Of a stretch of 64,000 nt of DNA, positions 1-9,048 are shown piece by piece. The notes under the pieces are model-generated. The model worked only from the letters and a program-made list of their open reading frames with translations. It had not been told where the DNA came from and did not search any database. This DNA comes from Candidatus Eiseniibacteriota bacterium (lineage in GTDB: Bacteria; Eisenbacteria; RBG-16-71-46; JABDJR01): assembly GCA_963783375.1 (NCBI GenBank), contig CAWANH010000017.1, positions 1 through 64,000 on the forward strand, given 5' to 3'. Both the position numbers and the translations under genes were made by a program. The stretch's first letter is position 1. The number at the start of each line of letters is the position of its first letter.

Positions 1-184
1 GTCAACGTTTCCTTCGTGCCCACCCGAAAACGCCCTAAAATCGAGGGACGTGCATGTACTCGCTCGAAATCCGGCGAAATCACGGCGCCGCTAACCCGTT
101 GCGCGGCAATGACTTGTAGACCGCCCCGAGCGGCGTGCAGCCTGACGGCTCCCACGGTCAACGTTTGTGCCCACTCGAAAACGC
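1..184. repeat. Imperfect direct repeat pair GTCAACGTTT(ccttc)GTGCCCAC(C/T)CGAAAACGC at 1-33 and 157-184
   Basis: Both copies read directly from the sequence; the first is cut by the window edge. Confidence 0.6.
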
Positions 185-217
185 TGGGGTCTGGGTCCGG
201 AATGGTAAAATCCCCGG

Positions 218-3200
218 ATGAGCCCCCAACGATGGAAATGGCCCGCCCTCTTTCTCGCCTCCCTCGCCCTCTTCCTGATCCTTGCCACCCCTCGGTTCCC
301 GGGCAGGCGGCCAGGAGCCCAGGCCGCCACCCGGGCGACCGTAACCGCCTGGCCTCGGCCGATCTACGCGGCGACCACGAAGAACTCGAGTCCGCTCAGC
401 AAACCCCACCACCGCCCCGGCCCCGACGACGACGACACCCCCGGCTTCGACGAGCCCCAGGAGTTCGTCCGCATCCTGACCGAGATGAAGACCGCCCCCG
501 GCCAAACCCAACCCGACTACCCGCCCGGCTACCGCCACCGGGAACTCGTGAAGGCCCGCCTGGCCGCCGAACAAATCCGACAGCAAAAGGGCGTCACGCG
601 AGCCGCCTCCGCCCTCCCCTGGGTGAGCCGCGGCCCCGGGAACGTGGCCGGACGCGCGCGGGGGGTCGTGGTCGACCCCGACGACGCCACCAACCAGACC
701 TGGTTCATCGGCACCGCCGGCGGCGGGGTGTGGAAGACGACCGACGGGGGCTCGACCTGGCAGTGGCTCACCCCGGACTTCCCCGTCCTCTCCGCCCAGG
801 CCATCACCATGGCGCCCTCGGACCACGACGTTCTCTACGTGGGGACCGGCGAGAGCTTCTACAACGTCGACACCATGAACGGCGACGGGATCCTCAAATC
901 CATCGACCGGGGCGCCACCTGGACCCAGCTCGCCTCCACCGCCGGGAACCCCGCCTTCAACAACGTGGCCCGCATCCTTGTGGACCCCAACGGCCCCGAC
1001 ACGGTCCTGGCCGCGGCCACCACCGGGGTCTACAAGCTCAGCCAGAACAACCGCTCCAGCATCTTCAAGTCCACCGACGGCGGGACGAGCTGGACCGAGG
1101 TCTACGCCAGCATCCCGCCCTCCGGGCAAGCCGTGAAGCGGGTCCAGCAGCTCGTGGCCGACCCCACCGACTTCAACGTGCTCTACGCCACCGTGAACCG
1201 GGGCGGGATCCTGAAATCCACCGACCGCGGCGACACGTGGGCCTTCAGCAACACCGGGATCTCGGACTTCACCGGGCGGTTCGAGCTGGCCGTCTCGCCG
1301 GTCGACCACAACCGCCTCTTCGCCGCCGCCGAGGGCGCCTCCAACACCTCGAAGCTCTGGATCTCCACCGACGCCGGCGCCACCTGGACCCAGGTCACCG
1401 GCAGCGCCCCGAACTGGCTGAACGGCCAGGGCTGGTACGACAACACCATCGTGTGCCATCCGACCGACCAGAACATCGTCTACGTCGGCGGCGTCGTTCT
1501 CTACAAGATCACCCTGAGCGGGACCATGGGCTCTTGGACCTACCTGAACGCGGGGGTGCACGTGGACCATCACCGTCTGGTGATCATCAACGCCTCGGGC
1601 GGCAACTGGCGGATCCTGGACACCAGCGACGGCGGGGTGGCCGTCTCCACCCTGGAGGACACCGGCTGGAGCCAGGTCACCGACGGCATGGTCACCACCC
1701 AGTTCTACGGCGTGGACAAGGCCCCCGGCGCCAGCGCGTACCTCGGGGGAACCCAGGACAACGGCACCTGGCAGAGCCCGGAGAACCCGGCCGCGGTCAC
1801 CGGCTGGACGGCCGTCATCGGCGGCGACGGGTACGAGGCCTCCTGGAGCTTCGACGACCCCCTGAAGCTGATCGGCGGGTACCAGTACAACGGCATCATG
1901 CGGTCGGTGGACGGGGGAGCGACCTGGAACGGCGCCGCCCCGGGCGACAACGGGTCCGGGAACGCTCCCTTCATCACCAAGATCGCCAAGAGCCAGCTCG
2001 CGCCCGATCTCCTGTTCGCGGTGGGGAAGAGCGGGGTGTGGCGCTCCGACGACTTCGGCGGGACCTGGACGCTGAGCGCGGTCCCCGCCGCATCCTGGGG
2101 AGGGATCAACTCCTTCCACGACGTCCGCATCTCCCGGGCCAATCCGAACGTGGTCTGGGCCGGGGCCTACATGGGATCCGGCGGGCACATCCAGCGCTCC
2201 GCCGACGGCGGGCTCACCTTCGATCCCGTCCCCGACTACACCACCGTGACCATGGGGCGGATCTCCGGTCTGGCCACCGACCCCGCCGATTCCAGCACCG
2301 CCTACGTGCTCTTCAGCTACGCGGGCGCGCCCAAGATCCTCCGCACCACCGACGGGGGAACGACCTGGAGCGACATCACCGGGTTCGAGTCCGGCTCCCC
2401 CAGCACCAATGGCTTCCCCGACGTGGCGGTCTACGACCTGGAGGTGTTCAGCGACGATCCCAACCACCTATGGGCGGCCACCGAGATCGGGCTGGTGGAA
2501 TCGACGGACGGGGGCGCGACCTGGGCCCTGGCCCAGAACGGGCTCCCCAACGTCGGGGTCTGGCGCCTGACCGAGGTGGAGGACCAGATCGTGGCCGCCA
2601 CCCACGGCCGCGGGATCTGGAGCGTCACCATCCCCGGTCTCATCGCCGGGAAGACGTTCAACCCGCTGATCGAGGCCCTCTACCAGACTCCCGACGGCAT
2701 GCTCGACGTGGACGTGAACCTCCGCTCGGCCTACGACTCCACCCGGGTGTACGTGGACTCCGTGCTCGTGACCACGCTGGGCGCGAGCACGCCGCTCCAG
2801 AAGGAGTCGGTCCAGGTCCCCGCGCTCGTGCCGGGGACGAAGCTGGTGCGCCTCGACGCGTACGCGAGCGGCCAGGTCCATCCCTCGGTGACCAAGAGCA
2901 TCGACATCTTCGCGACCACCGCGCCGGCCGACCACTACGCCAACGACTTCGAATCCCCGACCGGCGACTTCTTCGGGTTGCTCTTCCGCATCGGCAGCGA
3001 GCCCGGCTTCCCGGGGGAGGCGATCCACTCCCTGCACCCCTACAACGACGGGGAGACCGAGATCTACACCCTCACCGTTCCCATCCGGGTGGCGGTGGCC
3101 AACGCCGATCTCGAGTACGACGAGATCGCGCTGGTGGAGCCCGGTGATCCGGGCTCGGTCTACGGCGACTCCGATTTCTGGGACTACGTGGTCGCGGAGG

Positions 3201-3757
3201 GAACCAAGGACGGGAACACCTGGCTCCCGCTGGCCCCGGGCTACGACTGCCGGGCGTATCCCGAGTGGGAGATCGCGTTCTACGACACCACCGGCCCGGA
3301 TTCCACCCTGCTCCGCCACCGGCTGATCGATCTGCAGAACACGTTCGCCCCGAACGACACGATCCTGGTGCGGTTCCGCCTCTACGGCGACGGGGCGGTC
3401 CACGGCTGGGGCTGGATCATCGACAACCTGGCCATCCAGATGAACGCCCCGACGGGAGTGGCCGACGGCAGGCCCAGCTCCCGGCTGGCCCTGGCCCAGA
3501 ACGTTCCCAACCCGTTCCGCTCCTCCACGTCCATCCGGTTCGTGTTGCCCGAGGCGGCGAACGTGTCGCTCAGGGTCTTCGACGTCCAGGGGCGGCTGGT
3601 GCGAACGCTGGTCGCCGGTCCCCAGAGCCCGGGGGAGCACGGGGCGACCTGGGACGGGCGGAACACGTCCGGCGGGCACGTGGCCGCGGGGACCTACTTC
3701 TACCTGCTCCGCACGCCCACGAGCACGCTCCGCCGGAAGCTGGTGCTCATCCGTTGA
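218..3757 (+). CDS. Secreted BNR/Asp-box beta-propeller protein (VPS10/GH74-like) with C-terminal FlgD-Ig/T9SS-like tail
   Basis: Hydrophobic N-terminus; many S/T-x-D-G-G-x-T-W Asp-boxes; GPGNVAGRAR and HVDHH motifs; C-terminal LAQNVPNPF...WDGRN...AGTYFY. Confidence 0.85.
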   Translation: MSPQRWKWPALFLASLALFLILATPRFPGRRPGAQAATRATVTAWPRPIYAATTKNSSPLSKPHHRPGPDDDDTPGFDEPQEFVRILTEMKTAPGQTQPDYPPGYRHRELVKARLAAEQIRQQKGVTRAASALPWVSRGPGNVAGRARGVVVDPDDATNQTWFIGTAGGGVWKTTDGGSTWQWLTPDFPVLSAQAITMAPSDHDVLYVGTGESFYNVDTMNGDGILKSIDRGATWTQLASTAGNPAFNNVARILVDPNGPDTVLAAATTGVYKLSQNNRSSIFKSTDGGTSWTEVYASIPPSGQAVKRVQQLVADPTDFNVLYATVNRGGILKSTDRGDTWAFSNTGISDFTGRFELAVSPVDHNRLFAAAEGASNTSKLWISTDAGATWTQVTGSAPNWLNGQGWYDNTIVCHPTDQNIVYVGGVVLYKITLSGTMGSWTYLNAGVHVDHHRLVIINASGGNWRILDTSDGGVAVSTLEDTGWSQVTDGMVTTQFYGVDKAPGASAYLGGTQDNGTWQSPENPAAVTGWTAVIGGDGYEASWSFDDPLKLIGGYQYNGIMRSVDGGATWNGAAPGDNGSGNAPFITKIAKSQLAPDLLFAVGKSGVWRSDDFGGTWTLSAVPAASWGGINSFHDVRISRANPNVVWAGAYMGSGGHIQRSADGGLTFDPVPDYTTVTMGRISGLATDPADSSTAYVLFSYAGAPKILRTTDGGTTWSDITGFESGSPSTNGFPDVAVYDLEVFSDDPNHLWAATEIGLVESTDGGATWALAQNGLPNVGVWRLTEVEDQIVAATHGRGIWSVTIPGLIAGKTFNPLIEALYQTPDGMLDVDVNLRSAYDSTRVYVDSVLVTTLGASTPLQKESVQVPALVPGTKLVRLDAYASGQVHPSVTKSIDIFATTAPADHYANDFESPTGDFFGLLFRIGSEPGFPGEAIHSLHPYNDGETEIYTLTVPIRVAVANADLEYDEIALVEPGDPGSVYGDSDFWDYVVAEGTKDGNTWLPLAPGYDCRAYPEWEIAFYDTTGPDSTLLRHRLIDLQNTFAPNDTILVRFRLYGDGAVHGWGWIIDNLAIQMNAPTGVADGRPSSRLALAQNVPNPFRSSTSIRFVLPEAANVSLRVFDVQGRLVRTLVAGPQSPGEHGATWDGRNTSGGHVAAGTYFYLLRTPTSTLRRKLVLIR

Positions 3758-3857
3758 TCCGGCCCGCCACGAGCACGCTCCGCCGGAAGCTGGTGCTCAT
3801 CCGGTGATCCGGGCCGCCACGAGCACCCTCCGCCGGAAGCTCGTGCTCATCCGGTAG
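3717..3857 (+). repeat. Three tandem 50-bp copies of the 3' end of the upstream gene
   Basis: Units start at 3717, 3767 and 3817; each encodes TSTLRRKLVLIR plus a stop (TGA, TGA, TAG). Confidence 0.95.
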
Positions 3858-3912
3858 GGCCCGCGTTCGTCCGGAGAACCTCCGGCGAACCCCGTGCTAA
3901 ACTCACCCCCCT

Positions 3913-5229
3913 ATGTTTGAAGAACTCAGCTCCAAATTCGACGACGTCTTCAAGAAGCTCCGCGGCCAGGGGGCGCTGACCCCCGAGAACGTGAAGGAGG
4001 GGCTCCGCGAGGTCCGGCGCGCCCTCCTCGAGGCGGACGTCAACTTCAAGGTGGCCAAGGACTTCGTCAAGCAGGTGGAGGCCAAGGCCACCGGCCAGGA
4101 CACGCTCAAGGGGATCCACCCCGCCCAGCAGGTGGTGAAGATCGTCTACGACGAGATGGTCCGCCTCCTCGGCCAGAGCCACACCCCCCTGACCCAGAAC
4201 CCCCAGGGCCCGACCATCGTCATGGTCTGCGGCCTCCAGGGTTCGGGGAAGACCACCTTCTGCGGGAAGCTCGCCCACCGGTTCCTGAAGCGCCAGAAGC
4301 GGGTGCTCCTCGTCGCCGCGGACACCCAGCGCCCGGCGGCCATGGATCAGCTGGAGGTCGTGGGCAAGGCCGTCGGCGCCGAGACCTTCGTCCGCCGGAA
4401 GCAGGATCCGGTCACCATCTGCCGGGACGGCGTGGCCGAGGCGATCCGGCGCGACTTCGACCTCGTGGTCCTCGACACCGCCGGCCGCCTCCACGTGGAC
4501 GACGCCCTCATGGCCGAGCTGGAGACGATCAAGAGCACCGTCCAGCCGCACGAGACGCTCCTGGTCCTGGACGGTCTCACCGGCCAGGACGCGGTGAACG
4601 TGGCCGAGACCTTCTCCCAGCGGATCGCGTTCACCGGCGTGGTCCTCACCAAGATGGACGGCGACGCCCGGGGCGGGGCCGCGCTCTCGGTCACCCACGT
4701 GACCGGCGTCCCGATCAAGTTCGTCGGGGTGGGGGAGAAGTCCGAGGCCCTGGAGGACTTCCATCCCGAACGGATGGCCTCGCGAATCCTCGGCATGGGG
4801 GACGTGCTCACCCTGGTCGAGCGCGCCCAGGAAACCGTGGACGAGAAGGAGGCGCTCAAGCTCGCCGAGAAGCTCCGGAAGGAGGACTTCACCCTCGAGG
4901 ACTTCCTCACCCAGCTCGAGCAGCTGAAGAAGATGGGTCCCCTGGAAGACCTGCTCAAGATGATCCCCGGGGTGGGGAAGCAGCTCAAGAACGTGAGCGT
5001 GGACGATCAGGCCCTGGTCCGGATCCAGGCCATGATCCAGTCCATGACCCTCCAGGAGCGGAACCACCCGCACCTCATCAACGGCAGCCGGCGGAAGCGG
5101 ATCGCCCGCGGCTCGGGCACCAGCGTCCAGGACATCAACCATCTCCTGAAGCAGTTCCGCGACATGCAGAAGATGGTGAAGAGCATGAAGGGCCGGAAGG
5201 GAATGCCAAGAATTCCTTTGCCGTTCTGA
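3913..5229 (+). CDS. ffh: Signal recognition particle protein Ffh
   Basis: GLQGSGKTT, DTAGR, TKMDGDARGG and M-domain SRRKRIARGSG motifs. Confidence 0.98.
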   Translation: MFEELSSKFDDVFKKLRGQGALTPENVKEGLREVRRALLEADVNFKVAKDFVKQVEAKATGQDTLKGIHPAQQVVKIVYDEMVRLLGQSHTPLTQNPQGPTIVMVCGLQGSGKTTFCGKLAHRFLKRQKRVLLVAADTQRPAAMDQLEVVGKAVGAETFVRRKQDPVTICRDGVAEAIRRDFDLVVLDTAGRLHVDDALMAELETIKSTVQPHETLLVLDGLTGQDAVNVAETFSQRIAFTGVVLTKMDGDARGGAALSVTHVTGVPIKFVGVGEKSEALEDFHPERMASRILGMGDVLTLVERAQETVDEKEALKLAEKLRKEDFTLEDFLTQLEQLKKMGPLEDLLKMIPGVGKQLKNVSVDDQALVRIQAMIQSMTLQERNHPHLINGSRRKRIARGSGTSVQDINHLLKQFRDMQKMVKSMKGRKGMPRIPLPF

Positions 5230-5396
5230 CCGTCGTCGCCCGACGCCCGCCGCGCGAACGCGCCATCCCGCCGCCTTTCCGCGACACCGCACCAACCCGA
5301 CCAAATCACTCGTAAATCCGCCCCGACTCCGATATAATTCCCTCGTTCTCGAATCTCCTCGTTGCCGCATCCCATTCCCGACACCCCGGAGACACC

Positions 5397-8120
5397 ATGA
5401 GACCGAGAGCCTGGGCCGCCGTACTCCCCCTCGTCGCGTTCGTCCTCGCCGCCGCGATCACCCCCGCCCAGGCCGCGCCCCCGGTCGTCCAGAGCATCGA
5501 GCCGGCGTCGAGCCGGCTTCCCGGCGGCACCCTCATCACGATCCACGGCGCCAACTTCGGCACCGCCGCGGTCGCCCTGGTCGGCGGCGAAACGGTGAAG
5601 CCCCTCATCCAGGACGACGCCACCCTGATCCTGAACGCGCCGCCGGTCGACGCCGCCACCACGCTCCCGGTCCAGGTGCAAAACGCGGACGGCACCAGCG
5701 GAACCCTCACCCTCGACTACGCCGGTCCCCGGATCAGCTCCCTGTCCGCGACGACGAGCCCCGGGAAGGGCGGGATCCACATCACCATCGTGGGCAGCGG
5801 CTTCGGCCTCGCCCCGAGCGTCCTCTTCGGCGACGGTGAGGCCCCGATCGTGACCGGCACCTCGACCCAGATCGTCTGCACGATTCCGCCCGGCTCCCCG
5901 GGGACGAGCCCGGGCGTCCGGGTGCTGGACGGCGACGTGTCCTCCGCCACCGAAGCTTTCAGCTACGACGCCGGGCCCTCGATCATCGCGATCACCCCGA
6001 GCGCGGGAAAGCAGAAGGGCGGCACGCTCATCACCATCGTCGGCCGCGACTTCGGCGTGGGCGCGGAGGTTTCCATGGGCGGCGTGCCGGCGTCCGTGAG
6101 CTCGCAGACCGACACCCGGATCGTCTGCACGAGCCCGCCCTCCGCCGCCGCCGGCACGTTGGGAGTCACGGTCACCGGAACGGCAGGCATTCCGTCCCAG
6201 CCCGCCGACTTCATCTACCTCGCCCCGCCGACCATCAGCTCGATCAGCCCCGCCGGGGGTCCCGCCGCCGGCGGCACGATCGTCACGGTTCAGGGCGGGA
6301 ACTTCGGGCCGAACGACCGGGCGCTTCACCGAAGCGCCCAGGCCGACACGTCCAACGTCGGTCCCATCCGCTGGATGGCCCCCGAGACGATCCGCCTCAC
6401 CATGCCCCCGAGCCCGGACCCGACCACCACGACCCCCGTGCCGGTCTCGGTCACCATCGACGGCGAGACCGTGGCCCTCCCCGCCACCTTCACCTACGAT
6501 CCCTCGCCGCCGGCCGTCCCCGCTCCGGAGATCGTGAGCGCCACCACCGGCGGCCCGGTCCGGGGCGGCGTGCTCCTCACCATCAACGGCAGCAACTTCA
6601 AGCCGGGCCCCGGAAGCTCCACCACCACCTTCGTGGACGGCGAAACCGTGACCCCGAGCTTCGTCTCCAACACCACGGTCATCGTCCCCCTCCCCGAACG
6701 CGGCGCCGGGACGGCGAGCCGGGTCGGGGTCGAAACCGACGGCCAGGCCTCGCCTCCCACGAACGTCCTCTACACCGGGTCGAGCATGAGCGGCGTGAAC
6801 CCCCTCTACTCGAGCCGCTCCGGCGGAACGGTGATCACGATCACCGGCTTCATCCCCGACTTCCCCCGGGTGCTGGTGGACGGCGACGTCCTGGAGCCGA
6901 TCAGCGCCACCCCCGAAGAGATCGTCTTCAGCTCGCCGCCCTCCGGCAGCTCCAGCAAGCCGGTCCAGGTCCTGGGCGACGGGAGCGTCACCAACGCCCT
7001 CTCCCTGGAGTACCCCGGCCCGGGCTTCACCGACGTCACCCCCACCCAGGGCTCCTCGCGCGGAGGCTTCCCGATCACCATCAAAGGAACCAACTTCGGG
7101 GGCTCGATGCGCGTCTGGGCGGGGGAGAACGAAGCCCCGATCCTGAGCCAGACCCCCGACACCACGGTGTGCCTCCTTCCCGCGGACCGCGGATGCTGCG
7201 GCGGCGGCGGAGGCGGTGGCGGGGGAGGCGGCGCGATCCTCCTCCAGGGCGTGGCGGCGGGCGCGTCCCGCACCAACCAGCTATGGATCACCTACCTTCC
7301 CGTCCCGGTGATCTCCGGCGTGACCCCGGTCGCGGGCCGGAAGAGCGGCGGCACCCGCCTCACCATCAACGGCCAGAACTTCGGGAACGGCATCGCGGTC
7401 TCGGTGGGCGGCGGCAGCGCCACCGTGATCGACTCCAGCGCCACCTTCATCGTCTGCGACACCCCGGCCGGCCCCGCCGGTCCCGCCGACCTCGTGGTCG
7501 GCTCCGGCGGCGAGGTGTCCGACCCGGCGAGCTTCGAGTTCCTGGACCCGCCCTCGGTGGGTTCCATCACCCCCGACACCGGGCCGCTGGCCGGCGGCAC
7601 CCTCATCACCATCGTGGGCTCGAACTTCGGTCCCGCCTCGGGTTCGCCCCCGCGCTCGGTCCGCTTCGGCGACCTGGACGGCTCGAACGCCACCTGGTCC
7701 CCGAGCCTTCTCGTCTGCACCCTTCCCCCCTCGCCGGGCGGCGGCCCGGTGGACGTCGTCCTCACCGTGGACGGCGTGGCCGACACCGTGACCGGCGGGT
7801 TCACCTACTCGAACTCCACCGGGATCGGCGACGCGGGGCTGCCGATGCGGTTCCGGCTCGCCCAGAACCGTCCCAACCCGTTCGCGGGTTCCACGCGCAT
7901 CGAGTTTGCCCTCCCCGAGGCCTCGGCGTACGAACTCAGCGTGTACGACCTCACCGGCCGTCTGGTCCGGCGCTACGCCGGCCAGGCCGAACCGGGAACG
8001 ACCGGGATCACCTGGGACGGGCGGACCCGGACCGGGGAGGCCGCGGCGCCCGGCGTCTACTTCTACCGGGTCCGCGCGGGATCCCACGAGCAAACCCTTC
8101 GCATGTTGAGGCTCAGGTAG
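5397..8120 (+). CDS. Secreted IPT/TIG-repeat surface protein (about 9 repeats) with FlgD-Ig/T9SS-like tail
   Basis: Signal peptide ending AQA; repeated P.I.SI.P..G...GGT.ITI.G.NFG; C-terminal LAQNRPNPF...WDGR...PGVYFY. Confidence 0.88.
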   Translation: MRPRAWAAVLPLVAFVLAAAITPAQAAPPVVQSIEPASSRLPGGTLITIHGANFGTAAVALVGGETVKPLIQDDATLILNAPPVDAATTLPVQVQNADGTSGTLTLDYAGPRISSLSATTSPGKGGIHITIVGSGFGLAPSVLFGDGEAPIVTGTSTQIVCTIPPGSPGTSPGVRVLDGDVSSATEAFSYDAGPSIIAITPSAGKQKGGTLITIVGRDFGVGAEVSMGGVPASVSSQTDTRIVCTSPPSAAAGTLGVTVTGTAGIPSQPADFIYLAPPTISSISPAGGPAAGGTIVTVQGGNFGPNDRALHRSAQADTSNVGPIRWMAPETIRLTMPPSPDPTTTTPVPVSVTIDGETVALPATFTYDPSPPAVPAPEIVSATTGGPVRGGVLLTINGSNFKPGPGSSTTTFVDGETVTPSFVSNTTVIVPLPERGAGTASRVGVETDGQASPPTNVLYTGSSMSGVNPLYSSRSGGTVITITGFIPDFPRVLVDGDVLEPISATPEEIVFSSPPSGSSSKPVQVLGDGSVTNALSLEYPGPGFTDVTPTQGSSRGGFPITIKGTNFGGSMRVWAGENEAPILSQTPDTTVCLLPADRGCCGGGGGGGGGGGAILLQGVAAGASRTNQLWITYLPVPVISGVTPVAGRKSGGTRLTINGQNFGNGIAVSVGGGSATVIDSSATFIVCDTPAGPAGPADLVVGSGGEVSDPASFEFLDPPSVGSITPDTGPLAGGTLITIVGSNFGPASGSPPRSVRFGDLDGSNATWSPSLLVCTLPPSPGGGPVDVVLTVDGVADTVTGGFTYSNSTGIGDAGLPMRFRLAQNRPNPFAGSTRIEFALPEASAYELSVYDLTGRLVRRYAGQAEPGTTGITWDGRTRTGEAAAPGVYFYRVRAGSHEQTLRMLRLR

Positions 8121-8179
8121 GGGGTCGATTCCCGGCTTTTCCCCGGCTTTCCCCGGGCCAGCCCCCGGCGGACCAGGTA

Positions 8180-8399
8180 TTCCCGTTCGGGAAGATTCCG
8201 GTCGCCCAGACCCCCTCGGTGCGCCCAAACCCGCGCTCAGGCAGCCCTCCACGCTTGAATATTCCCGATCGGTAAAAGTCAAGCCCGAAACACCCTCCCC
8301 GGCCCGGTTCTCCTTGACCTGGCCACCCCACCCGCCGATAATTGTCCCGATCGGGTTCACGACCCTCTCAGCCAGCGACCTGGTTTTCCCGATCGGTAC
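8180..8399. promoter_or_regulatory. Four palindromic operator-like sites (consensus TTCCCGATCGGGAA)
   Basis: TTCCCGTTCGGGAA 8180-8193, TTCCCGATCGGTAA 8262-8275, GTCCCGATCGGGTT 8344-8357, TTCCCGATCGGTAC 8386-8399, all upstream of a HipB-like gene. Confidence 0.75.
8314..8342 (+). promoter_or_regulatory. Sigma70-type promoter of the hip module
   Basis: TTGACC (8314-8319), 17 bp spacer, GATAAT (8337-8342); the third operator covers the predicted start site. Confidence 0.7.
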
Positions 8400-8432
8400 A
8401 TCTTGCGCGGGCAACCACCGGGAGCCACAACC

Positions 8433-8714
8433 GTGACCGAAAGCCCCACCGGCGCCATCGGCGCGTTCGTCCGCCGGCGGCGGAAGGCGAACCACCTGAC
8501 CCAGGCCCAGCTCGCCGCTCTGGCCGGGGTCGGCGTGCGCTTTCTCTCCGAGCTGGAACGGGGGAAGCCGACCGCCCGGGTGGACGCGGTGGACGCCGTG
8601 CTTCGGGTGTTCGGGAAGCGCGTCGGCATCGTGGACGCGGCGGCCGGTGACGCCGACCGTGAGCCGGTAGGGAACGGCACCGCCGGGACACTCGGAGGTA
8701 TCGACCGTGGCTAG
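8433..8714 (+). CDS. HipB-like XRE/HTH regulator (y4mF-type)
   Basis: VRRRRKANHLTQAQLAALAGVGVRFLSELERGKPT HTH_3 pattern; GTG start after GGAG at 8421. Confidence 0.85.
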   Translation: MTESPTGAIGAFVRRRRKANHLTQAQLAALAGVGVRFLSELERGKPTARVDAVDAVLRVFGKRVGIVDAAAGDADREPVGNGTAGTLGGIDRG

Positions 8715-9048
8715 AGCCGGCATCGTTCACCTCGACGGCGCCCGGGTGGGAACCCTCCGGGAAACCGAAGCCGGGGTGGCGTTCCAGTACGACGAGGCCT
8801 GGCTGGAGCGGACCGGCGCCGTTCCGGTTTCCCTGACCCTCCCGCTTCGCCGGGAACCCTACCTCTCCCGAAGCCTCCACCCGTTCTTCGAGAACCTTCT
8901 CCCGGAGGGGTGGCTTCTGGAGCTCAGCACCCGGAAGCTCAAGATCGCCAAGGACGATGCCTTCGGGCTGCTGCTGGCCACCTGCGCCGATTGCATCGGC
9001 GCGGTCGAGATCCTCCCGTCACCCGCCGGAGCCGAGGATGCCGGGTAG
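8707..9048 (+). CDS. Stand-alone HipA N-terminal domain protein (couple_hipA / HipS-like)
   Basis: FQYDEAWL...PVSLTLPL...LHPFFENLLPEG...DCIGAV signature; overlaps both neighbours. Confidence 0.9.
   Translation: MARAGIVHLDGARVGTLRETEAGVAFQYDEAWLERTGAVPVSLTLPLRREPYLSRSLHPFFENLLPEGWLLELSTRKLKIAKDDAFGLLLATCADCIGAVEILPSPAGAEDAG

Noticed and set aside
16-3147. 1043-aa alternative-frame ORF and 769-aa antisense ORF over the propeller gene
   Set aside because: Arg/Pro/Gly-rich shadow frames expected in high-GC coding DNA; no motifs.
3717-3857. Possible CRISPR array (also considered for 20207-20469 and 21600-21737)
   Set aside because: No unique spacers of regular length, few units, and no cas genes.
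3858-5396. SRP RNA (ffs) near ffh
   Set aside because: No helix-8 GGAA-loop motif found in the flanking intergenic DNA.
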